From Cystobasidiomycetes sp. EMM_F5 (Eukaryota), in contig JBPGPT010000031.1 of the NCBI GenBank assembly GCA_051047955.1, positions 62,001-126,000 of the forward strand: DNA of 64,000 nucleotides, given 5' to 3'. A program made the translations under genes and the position numbers. Within the stretch, counting starts at the first letter, position 1; each line of letters opens with the position of its first letter. The notes beneath the pieces were generated by a model, which saw nothing but the letters and a program-made list of their open reading frames with translations, was not told the DNA's origin and made no database searches. Shown here piece by piece: positions 1-13,500 of the stretch.

Positions 1-1499
1 TGCCTGTGTGATGTGTAAGTCTCGGATGAAGAAAAGCTGATGTGGATAATTATACCTGATGTTCCCTCGTCTTTGTTTGATCCAATGATCATAGGAAGTT
101 TGACAAACTTGTTTTGCTTCATCAAAGAAATGTAGTCGCTTTGGATGAAATCTCCATCGGGAACGAGAGCCGGTGGTGTGCCATTTGCAGCCGTATAAAT
201 AGTATTGAAGTCCAATCGCCTCAGGCAGGCGAGGTCATCGGTACAGTTTGTATTACTGAGGACTGCGGTGCAACTTGGTCAAATCAGATCGATGAGCGAC
301 AAATGCATGATGACCCACAAGTGTTCCATGAAGCTTGTCGGTTAGCCAGCGTCGTATTCACTTGCGTAAGGAAGACTCCAGAATCGACGATGCTCGAGCG
401 AAAGAGTCCATCGTCGCGGCCACCAACTGTGCGGTTCATAAAGCAGCACGCAGACGTCAAATTTCAGTCGGGGAAACGGAAGACAGACACCCACAGGCTA
501 GGTTTTGAAGAACGACAGACTGTTTTAAATGTCATTTGCAATGTGGAAATCGGAAATTTAGCCAAGCATACAATTTGTTACAAAACACTGTCAAAGACAA
601 CGCACCTGTCCACCAGCACTCTGACCCCAGATCGATACAGCCTTAGCGTCACCTCCAAAGGCCGCAATGTTCTCTTGAACCCAGCCCAAGGCAAGACGCT
701 GGTCCCGCAATCCAAGATTCAGATTCCCAGAACTATTTGCAGCTTGACCAGCAGGGAAGCCGAAAGCAGACACACGATAGCTGTGTAGAATTGCGCTGTG
801 TTTAGCTTGGCACACCTCTCTGCGAAAGATATCGAACTGACTTTATGTTAACGAAAATGATTGGCGTTCCCATTTGGACGGACTTCTGAACGATGTATGA
901 TCCGTTGTAACGTGGGTCGGCGCCCGTCCCCTGAGTGAAAGCACCGCCAAATCTACGTGGATGCGCGTCAGACCCTGTTTTCCAGTTCATTTGCTATCCG
1001 GAATATGGACCTACATCCAAAAAAGCACGGGCAGCGAAGCATTTGCACTGACATTAGCCGGACGCCAGACTGAGGTAAGCAACGCAGCCCTTTAGCAGTG
1101 AACAGTGTATCTCTGCGCTGATTCGTGCTGACCATTGATGTTTAGGCAATCTTCCGAAATATTGTAAAATTGATTATATGCCGGATTTGCGTACGAAGAG
1201 ATGCCATAGCCAGGGCAGACATTTCCCGGCACAGTGGCATCGAAAACGCCCGTAAAAGATGTATTTAATGAACGAGGTCTGGCGAATCGGCCTTGTCCGC
1301 CAGTAGTTTGCGCATAAGGCAGTCCCAGAAATTGGTGGACGTTGAGTCCGGGCAAAAGAGAGCCTCTCGCAGTACCATTGCGAACAGTTACAGTGATATT
1401 GGAAGCCGATGGACCTTGTTGCCGAGAAGCGAGAGGAGACGACGCCACTGGGTTAGCAGAGGCTGCCAACAAGAATGCTGCTGCTGCGACGAGATGCAT
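1..1499 (-). CDS. Secreted carboxylesterase/lipase (type-B carboxylesterase family), multi-exon, 3' end runs off the window
   Basis: Signal peptide MHLVAAAAFLLAASANPVAS; FLGLPYA; SEDCLNIN; spliced LPVLFWIFGGAF; NLGLRDQRLALGWVQENIAAFGGD; nucleophile elbow WGQSAG. Confidence 0.93.
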
Positions 1500-2161
1500 G
1501 ATAGACGATGGGTATCAGATGTGCGACAAGGCATTCAAATGTCAGAAAAGAAAGAAAAGAACGGAATTGCATGCGTGACCCCGCGAGATCCGAAGAAGCC
1601 GAGCGGGAGCTCCGCCATGACCAATGAAGAAAAAGATCTTCCTAATACGCAATGCTGCTGTAAACGTTTACACGACAGTCGATGCTTTGCGGACAGTATT
1701 CGGGAAAGCTTACAGCTCTTTAGGGGTGGGTGGTGCGTACTTCTAATAATATCGGCTTTCTTGAGGAAACACGGCCCGCTATGCCGCCAGATTTATTCCC
1801 CGCCTTCTCGATGGCCCCTTTCGCCGATATAGTCTTTTCCCCCTTTTCGTTACGGAGAGGCCAGCAAGTTCACTTGCGCGAAGGTACGATGCGAAGGCAG
1901 GGGATTGCGAGTATGGTACAACAACGAGGGAAACAAGAGAATGAAACAACGATGTTCAGAGCCAAAGTATAAGTGCATCAACAGGAAATGGGACATTAAG
2001 GGAAGGCGCGCGTATATCCTGGCATGCACATAGGTATCCAGCCTGTACGAGCCTGGAACGACAGAAACGCTCAGGCTAGCAAGCCGGGAAGCGAGTAAAG
2101 ATGCAGAAGGAGAAACGGCGAATTGACGAAGTCGAAAAAAGGGCGCACACAAGCCACATCT

Positions 2162-4247
2162 TCATTGTCGCTTTGATTTGCCGCCCAACAATCTCCGTGC
2201 CAAAGACGGTTTGCGCTTGACAGACTTTTCTGCACTCGTGCTAGGTGACAGAGACTTGTTTGCGGGGTGACCATTCGGACTCGAGTCATTGACAGAGCCA
2301 AGATAGACGTGTCCGGAGCCAAAGCTGGTATCCGGAGTGTTGTACGACTGCGAATTGTTCCAGGGAGATGAAGCGCTCAGATTCATCGACTCGCTGTGTT
2401 GCGGAGTCATGTCCAAGGCAGGATTGCGCGGATCATTCGAATATGCAGACGAGCCAGTCGTGTTGCCACTCAAGGTAGAATCTTTGCTGTCTGACTCCGT
2501 CAACAAAACGAGCGCAGTTGCAGACTCGTATGCCAGATTGCCATACTTCTGCGATCGCGACAGGCTAGACTTGCTCTCCTCGTCGCTACTACCATTCTTT
2601 CCGTGCTTTGAGTCGTATTGGCGCAATGATGAAGATGCAAAATAGGGAGATCTGCTTGTAGGAGAGATCTGACTAGATTCAGTCACAAACATCTGAGTGT
2701 CCACAGGACGCAGATCGAGCTTTGGAAGACGATCCTGTGACAATGCGGAGGAAGATGTAGCCTGTCTGTCCATCGATGGCCGGGTGAGCATCTGTGTCGT
2801 TGCGGTAGACGACAAGGAAGGATGTGCCGAATGTGCCGGCGTTACGAAATGCGAGCGGATCGGAGAACCGGCAGTTGCAGCATCTCCTCGGGAGTATATC
2901 TTACGAATTGCGCTGGGCGACTCTTGTTCTGGGTTTGGACTGAATGCTCGAGACTGCAGGATAGCCGAATCGTCCTTGTTGCCATTTCTGTTGCGCATGC
3001 GATTTATCAAAGATCGATTACGCTTCATTTGAGAGGCTGGTGATGATGTCTCGGGCTGCTTGTCTGGCAGGGCAGGCGCTTCGTTGGCAGCAGCTGGTGC
3101 ACACAAGTAGCGGTCTGGGATGCTTGGCATGGGTGGAGGTACGGACCCGGCTGTGAGAACGTTCATTAGTGTGCTGTCTCTGTGTTCTTACAAGTGGTTC
3201 GTCTCACCTCCGACAGGTCTACCAGCTCGGAGTGTCGCTTCAATATCTATGGATGACACGCATCAGTCAGCACGGCTCAATTGAGCGTCAATTTCCTCTT
3301 ACCCCATATACTGGCAGTCCTATCCGCTCTCGCTTCTCTGCTGAGTCCGCTACCAGGTACACCGAGAACGCTCAGCGTCGACGGTTCCGTGGACAACATG
3401 CTCGCCCTCGGGTGTTTTCTCGCCCATCCCGAAGTGCCATAGTCTTGGTATGCTTCATTGTGCACTCCAAATGCTTCGGCATACTGACGTTCGTGTACTG
3501 ACAGCTTTTCGCTGTTGGCTGGGAAGCCAAGTATAATGGACGAGTCTGAACTTCGGCGAGAGTGACCTCGCGAGGTGTTTCCAGTCGAAATGGAAGAGGG
3601 GCTGAGCGGCATGAGATTTTCGAGCGACGCAGTAGGATCTTGCTGCTGGAATGAAGCATTCATTGCCGCTCTTGCGCGTGCAGATATGCCTGAACCGTTC
3701 TGAGTGCCATTGTTGCCATATCTGCTCGACGGGACGTGACTGTCGCGTAAGGGGGCGAGATCTGCCCCGTTCTTTGCGACCATTGCCTTTGCGGGATCAA
3801 ACGCCGAGCTGCTGAATGCGCCAATGGGTGTTGGCTTGCCGTTGCTGCCTGAACCCTTTGACCTTGCGGCATCGAAGGGGCCACTGCGAACGAGCCGGGC
3901 GTGAGTCCCAAGTGACGGGGAGTACATATATGATACTCTACACACCTGTGATGGACTGTGGAGTGATTGACAGCACCCAGAATGCGATATTGGCGGCTCA
4001 ATCGTCAGCGGCATGCCTTGTTTACTTGGACGTGACTGCGGGCTCCAAACTCACAGGCCATGTCGAGGCTCAGCCCAGACACGTCCAGCTTGTCGATAAC
4101 GTCGAGTTGGCGGTGGTTCTTTGCCCTCGCCGACTGCCCGCTGGCGCTTCTGCCCTTGGACGAGCTCATTGCTGTTGCGCCCAAGTGGTGCTGGTGCTGC
4201 TGCTTTGAGGCCGGCTTGACGGGGACTGCTGGCAGTTTGTCTGCCAT
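2162..4247 (-). CDS. PAL1: Pal1-family cell morphology/endocytic-site protein, multi-exon
   Basis: LDVIDKLDVSGL followed, after splicing through a 10-nt exon (3946-3955), by FHHSGPFDAA, matching the Pal1 signature; long S/P-rich C-terminus (ORF 2162-3166). Confidence 0.8.
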
Positions 4248-4498
4248 TGCTGTTGGCTATGTCCTTGTCGTCGTCGTTGTTGACCAGAATTGTCGCAAAG
4301 CCAAGTCGCTCTACACGATAAACAGCGCATGCCTTGATGGAGCTCCGACACAAAGTCGGCATAATACAACACAGCACAGCCTGATAATTGCTGATACACA
4401 CACATTCAACTGCCAAGACGCGCCTCTACGCCGTCCAGCTCGTTCGGAGCCAAACGGATTACTTTACACCGCTTTTGAGTTTAAACAGGCAGGATATT

Positions 4499-5422
4499 AT
4501 GGCAGGAAGCGGCGACGACGAGCGAGAGAGGCTGCTGGCGATGCTCAACGAGCGGTGTGGGAGGGAGACGGGAGTGGTAGCGGTGGTGAAGGCGAGCGAC
4601 GACGACGATGAAAGCTCGAGTGATATTGCCAACGACGACGAAGAGGGATGGGCTGGAATCCAGCAAGACGAAGGTTCAACGTCGACGCTCGCAGAGAATG
4701 TAGTCGTGTACATGGAGCATGCAAGGGACACGAACGCCGACAGCGAACGAGATCCATTCATGGCGAGTAAACGCAATTTATGCCCTGTCCACGGCTGACA
4801 GTGTCTGCAGAGCTCAAAAGTCAGGAGTGCGCCTATCAACAGCAAAGGTAAAGGACGTGCAACCAATCAGGATGCGGCAGAAGATATCGAAGAAGAAAAG
4901 TCGGTGAATGATATACCCATCTAATGCCGCCACTAAATTATCCTTTGCAGACATCTCAAAACTCTCGACAAGTCTCTAGCATCCCTCATATCCAATCTGC
5001 CCAGCAAAGCTTCTGGAATATCGTCCATTCTACCAAGCCTGGCTACATTACCTGATCCGCGCTACACTACACGCAACGAGCAGCGGCAGAGCAACATAAT
5101 CGACAAGCGGGCGCCGCGGATACTACGAGAGAAGTTGTACTCTGCTCGACTGGACAGAGCGCAAAAGAAGGCTGCAGAAGACAGAGAGGCTGGTATTATT
5201 TCCGCAAAGGGTGATCGGGATGGAAGGTACGCTCTGACAAAGAAGCGGAGGAGGGAACAGACTGGCGACGAGGATCGACGTCGTAAATCCGCAAAGGGAC
5301 TCGGCGGTGTCGTCGGAAAGATGCGCAAGGGTGGGAGTGTACTAACTCTCAGTCGTGACGAGATTCGCAAAGGTGGAGAAGGCGATTTGGAAGGGATCGC
5401 CGCAAGGAAGAGAAGGAGGTAG
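4499..5422 (+). CDS. Faf1-like (DUF4602-type) small-subunit ribosome biogenesis factor, multi-exon
   Basis: Acidic N-terminus (EEGWAGI), spliced FMSSKV, C-terminal RRKSAKGLGGVVGKMRKGGSVLTLSRDEI, which resembles the Faf1 C-terminal motif. Confidence 0.65.
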
Positions 5423-5442
5423 GTGGGAAGAGCAAGTATGCG

Positions 5443-5473
5443 TTGTAATACTTGTAATACTTGTAATACTTGT
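5443..5473. repeat. Tandem repeat (TTGTAATAC)x3 plus a partial copy, about 20 nt after the Faf1-like stop codon
   Basis: ttgtaatac ttgtaatac ttgtaatac ttgt read directly. Confidence 0.9.
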
Positions 5474-7621
5474 GGATACGTAATAGCATCTCTTTGCGTG
5501 CAGAAGAGTGAGACTGGAAAATCAGAAAAACCAGCCGGGTACCTGAGTAGAAGGCATTACAAAACTTAGATAATCATTACAAGGTTGGCTTCATTACTAT
5601 AGGACAGAAATTGACGCTTCTGAAAGGATTGAGGAGGCTTTGGATTTTGAAAAAAGTAAGCATTTTTGCGAGAAGGCATTTGGGCTTCCGAATCACATCC
5701 AAATGAACTCTTTGTAATGTATCTTCGCTTGTCACAAAAATTGAAAGCCTCCTTAATCTCTTCGTCATAGCGTCATTTTCTTTTAACATAAAATCTTAAC
5801 TAACGCAATTTTAGAAGAAAAACCTCCAATTTGTCATGCTTTCTCAGCTGATGGCAGATTGGTTCTTCTGGTCTTCAGACGCCAAAGGACCAGCCGGAAA
5901 ACTGCGGTTCTGGGAGACTGCGAGCGCATTGTGCGATTAACGCAGACTTCTTGAAACGCAAATCAAAAAGCAATGCAAAGTGGAGAGCCATTTTTACAAA
6001 AGTTTGTCGCACCTTGGCAAGGCGCATCTCTCAGAAACAGGATTGAACTGTTGACCTCACGATTAACAGTCGTGCGCTCTAACCAGCTGTTGTGAGGATG
6101 TTTGTCAGTTGTGACAGCCATGTGGACGCAGAGATAGATGTACCTGAGCTACCCGAGACCCAACGATGTCTGCGGAGCTCCATGTTGCGTACATATCATT
6201 TCAAAGTCTCAGGAACAGCCCCGCTTTTTTTCGGGAAAAAAAGCACGAAAATCGGCGCAGAAAATTCAGCAGACATATTATTTCACTCATTCTTGCACAG
6301 TCATACTCTACTGACGCTATCCGACCATTATCTCTGAAAAAAATCCGCTTTTCGCTACATTATCCATTTTTTTCCGCTCGGTACGCATTCGAACTTCGAA
6401 GAAAATTGCAGACCAGACCAGGGAAAAGGGCTTTGGATTGGTCTACGGTACTTGCCTGCTCAATCGTATATAGATTGATCAACTGTGTGGGTTCTTTTCA
6501 CTATTAAGTATAATCTGCATTTGGACTAACAGGCTTTGCCAGCTCGACGTTCGATTTCAATCGCATAAATGCGGACTGCGTTGCTCTATTTCCACAGACG
6601 ATCTTACCAACACCGTCGCTATTGCATGAGTCACACCCGAGCTCTTATGCTATTGCTTCCTAATTTCAGAATGCGAGCGGCCTTCGGACCCTGGCTTCTC
6701 GCGTTGTGCAATACAATTTTGAGAATAAATACAGCACTGGTCCTTGCTTGCCTCAAGCACACTGCTTTATGGGATTCCAACGCTTCCAGCTGAATCAGGC
6801 TAATCCTTCAGAGCTGCACTTGCTTATATACCTGCGATGAAGCGCGGAAGATATCTGAATATCATAAGCGAAAGGTATTGCGCTTGCTCTCCTTATCAGT
6901 GCTTCTTGATGCCCGGCCAACTGTATCAGTTGCGCCGCCTCGTCTGGGTTCACCGGCTCTGAAGAGGTGATCACATCTCGCTGATTCGCGATTTGTCTGC
7001 CGGATCGTTCTTTCAAGGTCAGTAGAGGACGACCGTTACTGGGGAACGGGTGTCCCCGCAAAGCTAAGCGAAATCTCGTTTGGAAACGTTCGACGCACGG
7101 CTATAACTCCAATTGAATTTATTTGTCAAATATCGACAAAGGCTTTGCTTGCTTGTTCAGCAGACAGCCTGAGGTCCGGAAAAGCCTCGCGCGCATCATC
7201 ATACGAGCCCAAAATTCATCAATAAATCCGGCAGCTCGACCAAGCGGAGGAAGGGAGATGAAGATGCCGTCACTGCGGACAATCGGAACGACTATTTCTA
7301 GATGGAATTCAAAGGTATTCTGTTTTTCTTTTAGTATTCATTGCCCTCGAGCAACCTCCAATGCCGGTGACAATATGCGATCCAATGAGCTCCGTTGCGA
7401 TACTCTGCATACGACTCAGCAACGTCCGTTGTGCACACACCGTCAGCAAATAGACGCGTGACGAATTTGCAGCCTTCATCAGGTCGTTTTGTGTGGTCAA
7501 CATCGCTTTATTAGCGGATCTTCTTAGGAGACCTCCAGCTTTAGTATAAACAACAATGAGCCTCATCCACTGCTGAATTACACTTGGTGCTTCGCTATAC
7601 TCAGTGAGCAGTAAGAGATCG

Positions 7622-10413
7622 CTACCTGCGCCCTCCCATCAACAAGGCCATCAAGTCCACCTGTTGTTGCTGTTGCTGTTGCTGCAAGTGTTGTGGCGGA
7701 GGCATCTGCGGCATCGGCAGTGGGACATGCTGCTGAGGCATATTTGGCCGCTGGTTCATCTTCATCTGTGCAGCCAGGAAAGCGGCCATGTGTGCTTGCT
7801 GATTGTCTTTCGTTCCAGGCTGCAGACCGGGCGCTGGCAGAGTACCGCCAGGCAGAGCGCGTTGGAATTGAGCAGGGTACTGTTGAGGCGGAGAAAAATC
7901 CCGCCGAGACTGCGCATGTTGCTGCTCATGCTGCTGCGGCATGGGAGGAGGCAGAGGATATTGACCGGGAGACAACACAGGCGGCATCTGCGGTCCGCTG
8001 CTAAGTCTGTTGGCCATGCGCGTGTGCTGCTGTTGTGGTGGGGATTGCATCTGTGCTTGTCGGGGTGGAAGCGGTTGCGCATGGGCGGGGAAGGGCAGTA
8101 TGCCAGGCACGCGCTGAGCAACGTTCGATGGAAACAAGTCGCGAGGGACGCTCCTGTTGTCAATCGGCTGCGCAAATTTTTGTTGGGGCGGAGACGGCTG
8201 GGGTGGCATGCTCTGATTGCCAGGCGGCATCGATGGATACGGCTGATGCATTACACGAGTCGGCTCCGGTATCCGCTGAGATTGCTGCTGCATGTTTGAG
8301 AAATGCTGATGCTCGCGGCCGTGACTGGTGCTCCGATATGGCTGCGGCTGTTGCTGCTGCGATGGCTGCTGCCGAGCATTCTGTCCAGGCGTAGGCTGCG
8401 GCGATTGCACAAAATGCTGAGGTAAAGCAGGAGGTGCCTGCTGCGAGGTCGCGTATGAAGGCTGTGACTGAAAAGTTGCATGATTCTGCGCAAGTGCAGG
8501 TGTAGAAGAAGAACTCCCCGGAGGTGTCAGTCCGGAAGAAATGGAAGAGGTATGCAGCATGCCCAAAAGCCGCATCATCGATGCCTGATCGGAATTTGAA
8601 GGTACGTTTGGTAATTGTGGCTGCGTTGGCTGTGACGGCTGGGATGAGGTGTGGTGCTCGGCAGGCGCGGCAGCGCGGTTCGGCATGAGTGCAGCCAACA
8701 GCGGATTGAGGTTCTGTTGTGGGGCAGGGCTAGCGATGTCACTCGTTGATGCACTGCGGTCCGCAAATGCTGATGCAGCTTGCACCTGCGCTGTAGGCTC
8801 CGGAGAACGAGCAGCAGCTGCTGCTGCTTGAGCCGCAAGTGCGACACCCTGTTGCGATGTTTTGTCAAACATACGAGCGAAACGGGATGATTTCGGTTTG
8901 TCTTCGGGAACAGATGTGACGCCTCCATTAGATGCAGACGATGTCGCAGTAATTGAGGAAGAGCCACTGGTTGCATCCGCCATCGATACTTTCGTTGTCC
9001 TGTCTTTCGCAGGACGCAAATAGTCTGCAAAGACCGATTTTGGCGGAAGGGAATCTGAGATACTGGCTTCTGTCCCGTCTGTTTTTGCTGTGTTGCCGAC
9101 AACTCCGCTCGAGGTATCTTGCACAGGCTCGTCAGGCAGACCCATTTCTCTGCGAATTTCCCTGTCCTGTTCTATGCGCTTTGCTTGTTCAAGTGCCTTC
9201 ATTTCAGCTTTCCAGGCCTGTATGGAATCCACATGGGTGCCGTTGGCTTGTGAGCCTGTGACGGCCGAAGTGCTATTCCCCGTGGACACAGGTACATTTC
9301 GACTAGCTTTTGCCTTTGCCTTTGCCTTTTCTGCTTGAATAGGGTCTAAGGCTCCATCAGATACCGATGCAGACGATTCGAGTGCGGCCCCGTCTGCACT
9401 ATCCACTGCCCAAGCAGGCACACTCTCACTCGCGGTGCCGGATGAAGGCACATTACGTCGCTCTGCTCGGGTTGTCCTGGCAGTATTATCATCGTCCATC
9501 CAAGCTGGCGCACGGCCTGTAGTACCAGGTAGTCGGGGTTGCCTGTCGCGATCTGTACGGTCGTTGTATCTGCCAGTATCGCGATCCCTGGTGCGCTGGT
9601 CCCGCTCGCGGGCTTCCCGTGCGGTTCTCCACCCACCTTCTTCTGCTGCACGGCCGTCCTTTTTGACAAAGTCTCCAGCAACTTGCCTGCGTCGCTCTGC
9701 TTCCAAAGTACTGGCAGCGGTTCCTTGAGCGGCGTTGCCCTCACGTGACACGGTGTGACCAAGAGTATTGGAGTTTAACCATGGCCTTTCACGTTCCTCG
9801 CTGTTGGCGTTGCGTTTCGACGAACCGGCTGGACTGTCTAGCGTTCCTAGACTCGACAGCGGCTGCTTTGACCCAGACAGCCGAAAGTCACCCATGCTGC
9901 CGGTTGCCGAGGCACTAGCCGAAGCTGCAGAGGAGGAGAAGGTGGAAGCGCTGTTGCGTTCATAATCCCTGCCGTTGCCGCCTTGTCCTGATCGTTCGCC
10001 ATTTACACGTTCGCCCCGCTCGTTTGTTCGATCTGTCCTTCTGCGGCTTGGGCCGTCACCAGTCACTGTGCCGTGACTGTAGACGTTGCTTCGACTGTTT
10101 GTGTTGTTTCCGTACGGGTTTGGCGCCTCGTACTCGCCATACCATTCAATCAGCGGTTTCAGGCCAGGAGGACATGCGACTTTCGGGGATTTCGACAGCA
10201 ACAGCAGTTTTGAGCGGGTGTAGTATCGCGAGTATCTCGAGGAAGCGCTTGATTCGGAATTGGCGATGGCTGTCGTGCGAATAATGAGCAGGTCGTCGCC
10301 CGAGCTCGTCGAGGATGCGTCGTCTGCAATATCATTTGGGCATTAGTATGTATTCTTGTCCACTTTGAGCTCCCGCTGTCACCAAGCTGACCTCCGTCGG
10401 CGAGCTGGCTCAT
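7622..10413 (-). CDS. 4E-T/Eap1-like eIF4E-binding disordered protein (one short 5' intron)
   Basis: Spliced N-terminus MSQLADG/DDASS...RYYTRSKLLLLSKSP has the canonical YxxxxLL motif (10202-10222); internal PAWMDDD, DSIQAWKAEMK, SSRFARMF; Q/P-rich C-terminus. Confidence 0.7.
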
Positions 10414-10564
10414 TGCTCAGTTTTGTTGCCAGTTGTCCAAGAGCCAAACCAGGTTTCAAGGTCAAGACTGGCTTTCGTCTGTTCCAACTCGACACGACTG
10501 ACGGAATTGATAGAATGAGCTAACTGCTGATTACTAATGATTTCAAGGGCGTGTTGCAGACATC

Positions 10565-13500
10565 ATGCCATCTCTGATTGATACCAGGCCGGAAGGACCT
10601 GTAGCAATATCCGACAGAAGCAGCAAGCTCGAACGGGCAACGCGAGCGTGTGCAGTGCGGAACTACACTGCCGATACAGTAAGAAGAGATTTTACGTCGA
10701 GCCGGGCTGCCATTGTCGCTCATATGCATATATACAGTGGCTCCGCATTCTTCGCGAAGCCATCGCGGAAGAAGGCAATGCGTCTGAAGCGGATGTCCGT
10801 ATCGTTGGCATTGGTGGGTGACGACAATATAGATACTCCAGCATCCCCGCTCAAGGTCGCGCAACATTCAGATATCCTGCTAGACATGCTCTTGGTATAT
10901 GCCGATAACGACAGTAGCCAAAGGATCCTCTGCGGCTATCTACAAGCATGTTGTTCGGCCTCGCCAGCCCAGGACGTTAGCAAGACTCCCCTATCATCCG
11001 CTATTGGAGCCCAACAGCATGTACTGCGGCGGATATTGGATTTTGCAGCCAAATCCGATTCGACTACGCGGAGTATCCAGTCAGAAAGCTCTTTGGCAAA
11101 TTCTAAGCCAACAGACAGTCGGGCCGCATTACTCGATGACATTGCATCCATTTTGCTGGCGACCCGTCAGGGAGAACCTACCAAAGCGTCATACACCTTG
11201 CCGCCTGCAACGACTGTGGGACAATCCTCGACGATAAAATCAATCTTTGCAACGCTTCATCTTCTGAACCTATCCCAGATTTTCGGAAAGACGTCACTGT
11301 ATTCGCTATCTTTACAGCTCTTACATTCGGCAATACAAATTCAGTCTACATCGTCTCCGAATTGGTCCGCTGAGGAGGTACAGAAGTTTCAGTCGGCGAT
11401 TAGCGACTGCCGCGCACACTCTGACGGCGAGGGCACAATGAAGCCTAGCACAGACGCCACTTCGACAGAGTCTCAGAGTCTGCTGCAAAGTCCTGATACG
11501 CCGCTCACTCTGTTGAGGCGTCTGGAGAGGGCTGTCGAACCCAGTGCACGTAGGCGTGTCCTACACCCGAAAATCGGCGACAAGCGGAAGGCCGAATACA
11601 TCAGTAGCGACCACAAAGACGATGTACCTTCAAAATTGATCAACTGCCAGCTCGAATTGCAGATAATCTTGCACACACTAGTCCAGGTAAGCTGGCGACA
11701 GTACATAATGCGTATCTCGAACTGAAAGTGGCGATTAGGATTCAACTGTACCACAGCATCTCTTCTCCCAATTGCGCGCGTCATTGTTCTCGAGAGACGT
11801 ATACATGCGTGCGGCGTTTGATTCTATGCTTACCGAAACTGAGTGTGCTACAGAAGCTGTCTCTGTATGGCTTGATGATCTGTTCTCGGTACTGGCGGAT
11901 ACGAAAGCGCTACAGTCGCCTCAGTACGACGAGTCGCAAAACTCAGAGGTGGTACGTTCTCGTGATGAAGCGCGATGGCATTCATTCGCGTGGTCAGTCA
12001 TGCCGACAATACTGGCTCGTATCGTTCGCGACGATTCCAGCACTGTATCGTCTGCCATACGTCAGGTAGATTGGCAAACAGCGGTTCGTGCGTCATTAGC
12101 GCGGCTGTGCGAGACGCAAAAGTCGTCATGCAACGAGGACAATATCAATCAATGGGGGAAAGACTTTCAGCAAATTATGGTAGCCAAAGGAAAAGTGGCA
12201 GTATGTCGCGGACTTTGTTTTTAGAATGCTATTCTGACGAATTGATTATCAAAACAGTCCTTAGGCTTTGACAGTACCCGGTCGACACCGTCACATATTA
12301 TCGCTCAGCTGGGCACCGCGGTTGAACATTACCCTGATCAGCAGAGCGTCAGTGCATCTGTTAGCGAGGTGAGTGGCGCTCAGAATCTCATACGTCTGTA
12401 GTACAGCGGAGCTAAAGTTGCAATCGCATTATACAGGCAATACAGCATTGGTGTTCGGCTGGAGATCTTTCGTCTGTACACGGTCTGTTGAATGGACTCA
12501 TTCACGAGTCCCCTCGCATGCTAGATATGTTGTTCCTGCACGTTTCTCCTGCCGACATACTCAGGCCAATCTGTGCACTCCTCGATAATTGGGTCGAGCC
12601 AGAAGCGTATGGCCCCGGACAAGCGATGGAGATTTTTGGCGGCCTTCTGCTGAGCATACAGTGTGTTTGCCTGCGCCATTATGTATGTTGCCAGCGGAAT
12701 CTGCTACGCATACACTAACAGCGAGCTGTTTACAGCTATCTCATTTACTTCCGACCTTTTCTACTGGTTTCATTGGGCGTGTCCTCGGTGTTAAAGACTT
12801 CTGTGCCACAGCACTGCCATTACGCACATTATCGACAGTACAAAAGACGCTTATCGAGTCTTGGATAGGCGCACTTTATGGTAACGAGGGCATCGAGGAC
12901 GACTTGATTCGACAGACCAATCCACAAGACATGGTCGTACTTGCCGTAACGATCGTACAGCAAAGCCTGAGTGCGATGCAACACGGTGTCATCGATATGG
13001 ACAGTGAGTCAATACGTTGAAATCACATCGTACGTATGTTCTCTCCTTACGTGCGCCTCCGCAGCTTTGCAAGGCGGTCTGTCTTACTTTACACAGGATC
13101 TCCTCAACTATGCACTGCCAGGGATAGTGGCATATCTAGCCAATCAACATCTGACGCCTATAAGTGGCGTGTCAGTGCCGCCAATGTCGACTACCCTAGC
13201 CGTGCTCAAAACGCTCTTGGCGGCAGACGGCACTCCACATACGGTAAAGGAGCTCGTGTCGCCTACATTATCGCGCTTGCTTGCACTACCGCAGACCGGA
13301 GATCCGGTATGTGCGTCGGATGCGTCGGAATTGCGACAGTCGCTCGATTCGAGATTTGCAAAACTGGCCTTCAGACAGCCACTGCGTACCGATTCTCTGT
13401 ATACTGTCCTGGCGACCGGTCTGCACTCCGCCAAAACGAGCCGAGCGTCTTCATCGACCGTCAATATTGTGGATGTGATAGATGCAGCTTGCGAGGCGAC

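Noticed and set aside
114..788. 224-aa plus-strand ORF
   Set aside because: Antisense to the carboxylesterase exons; no recognisable motifs.
7604..8299. 231-aa Leu/Arg-rich plus-strand ORF
   Set aside because: Shadow of the CAG/CCG-rich Q/P tail of the minus-strand 4E-T-like gene.
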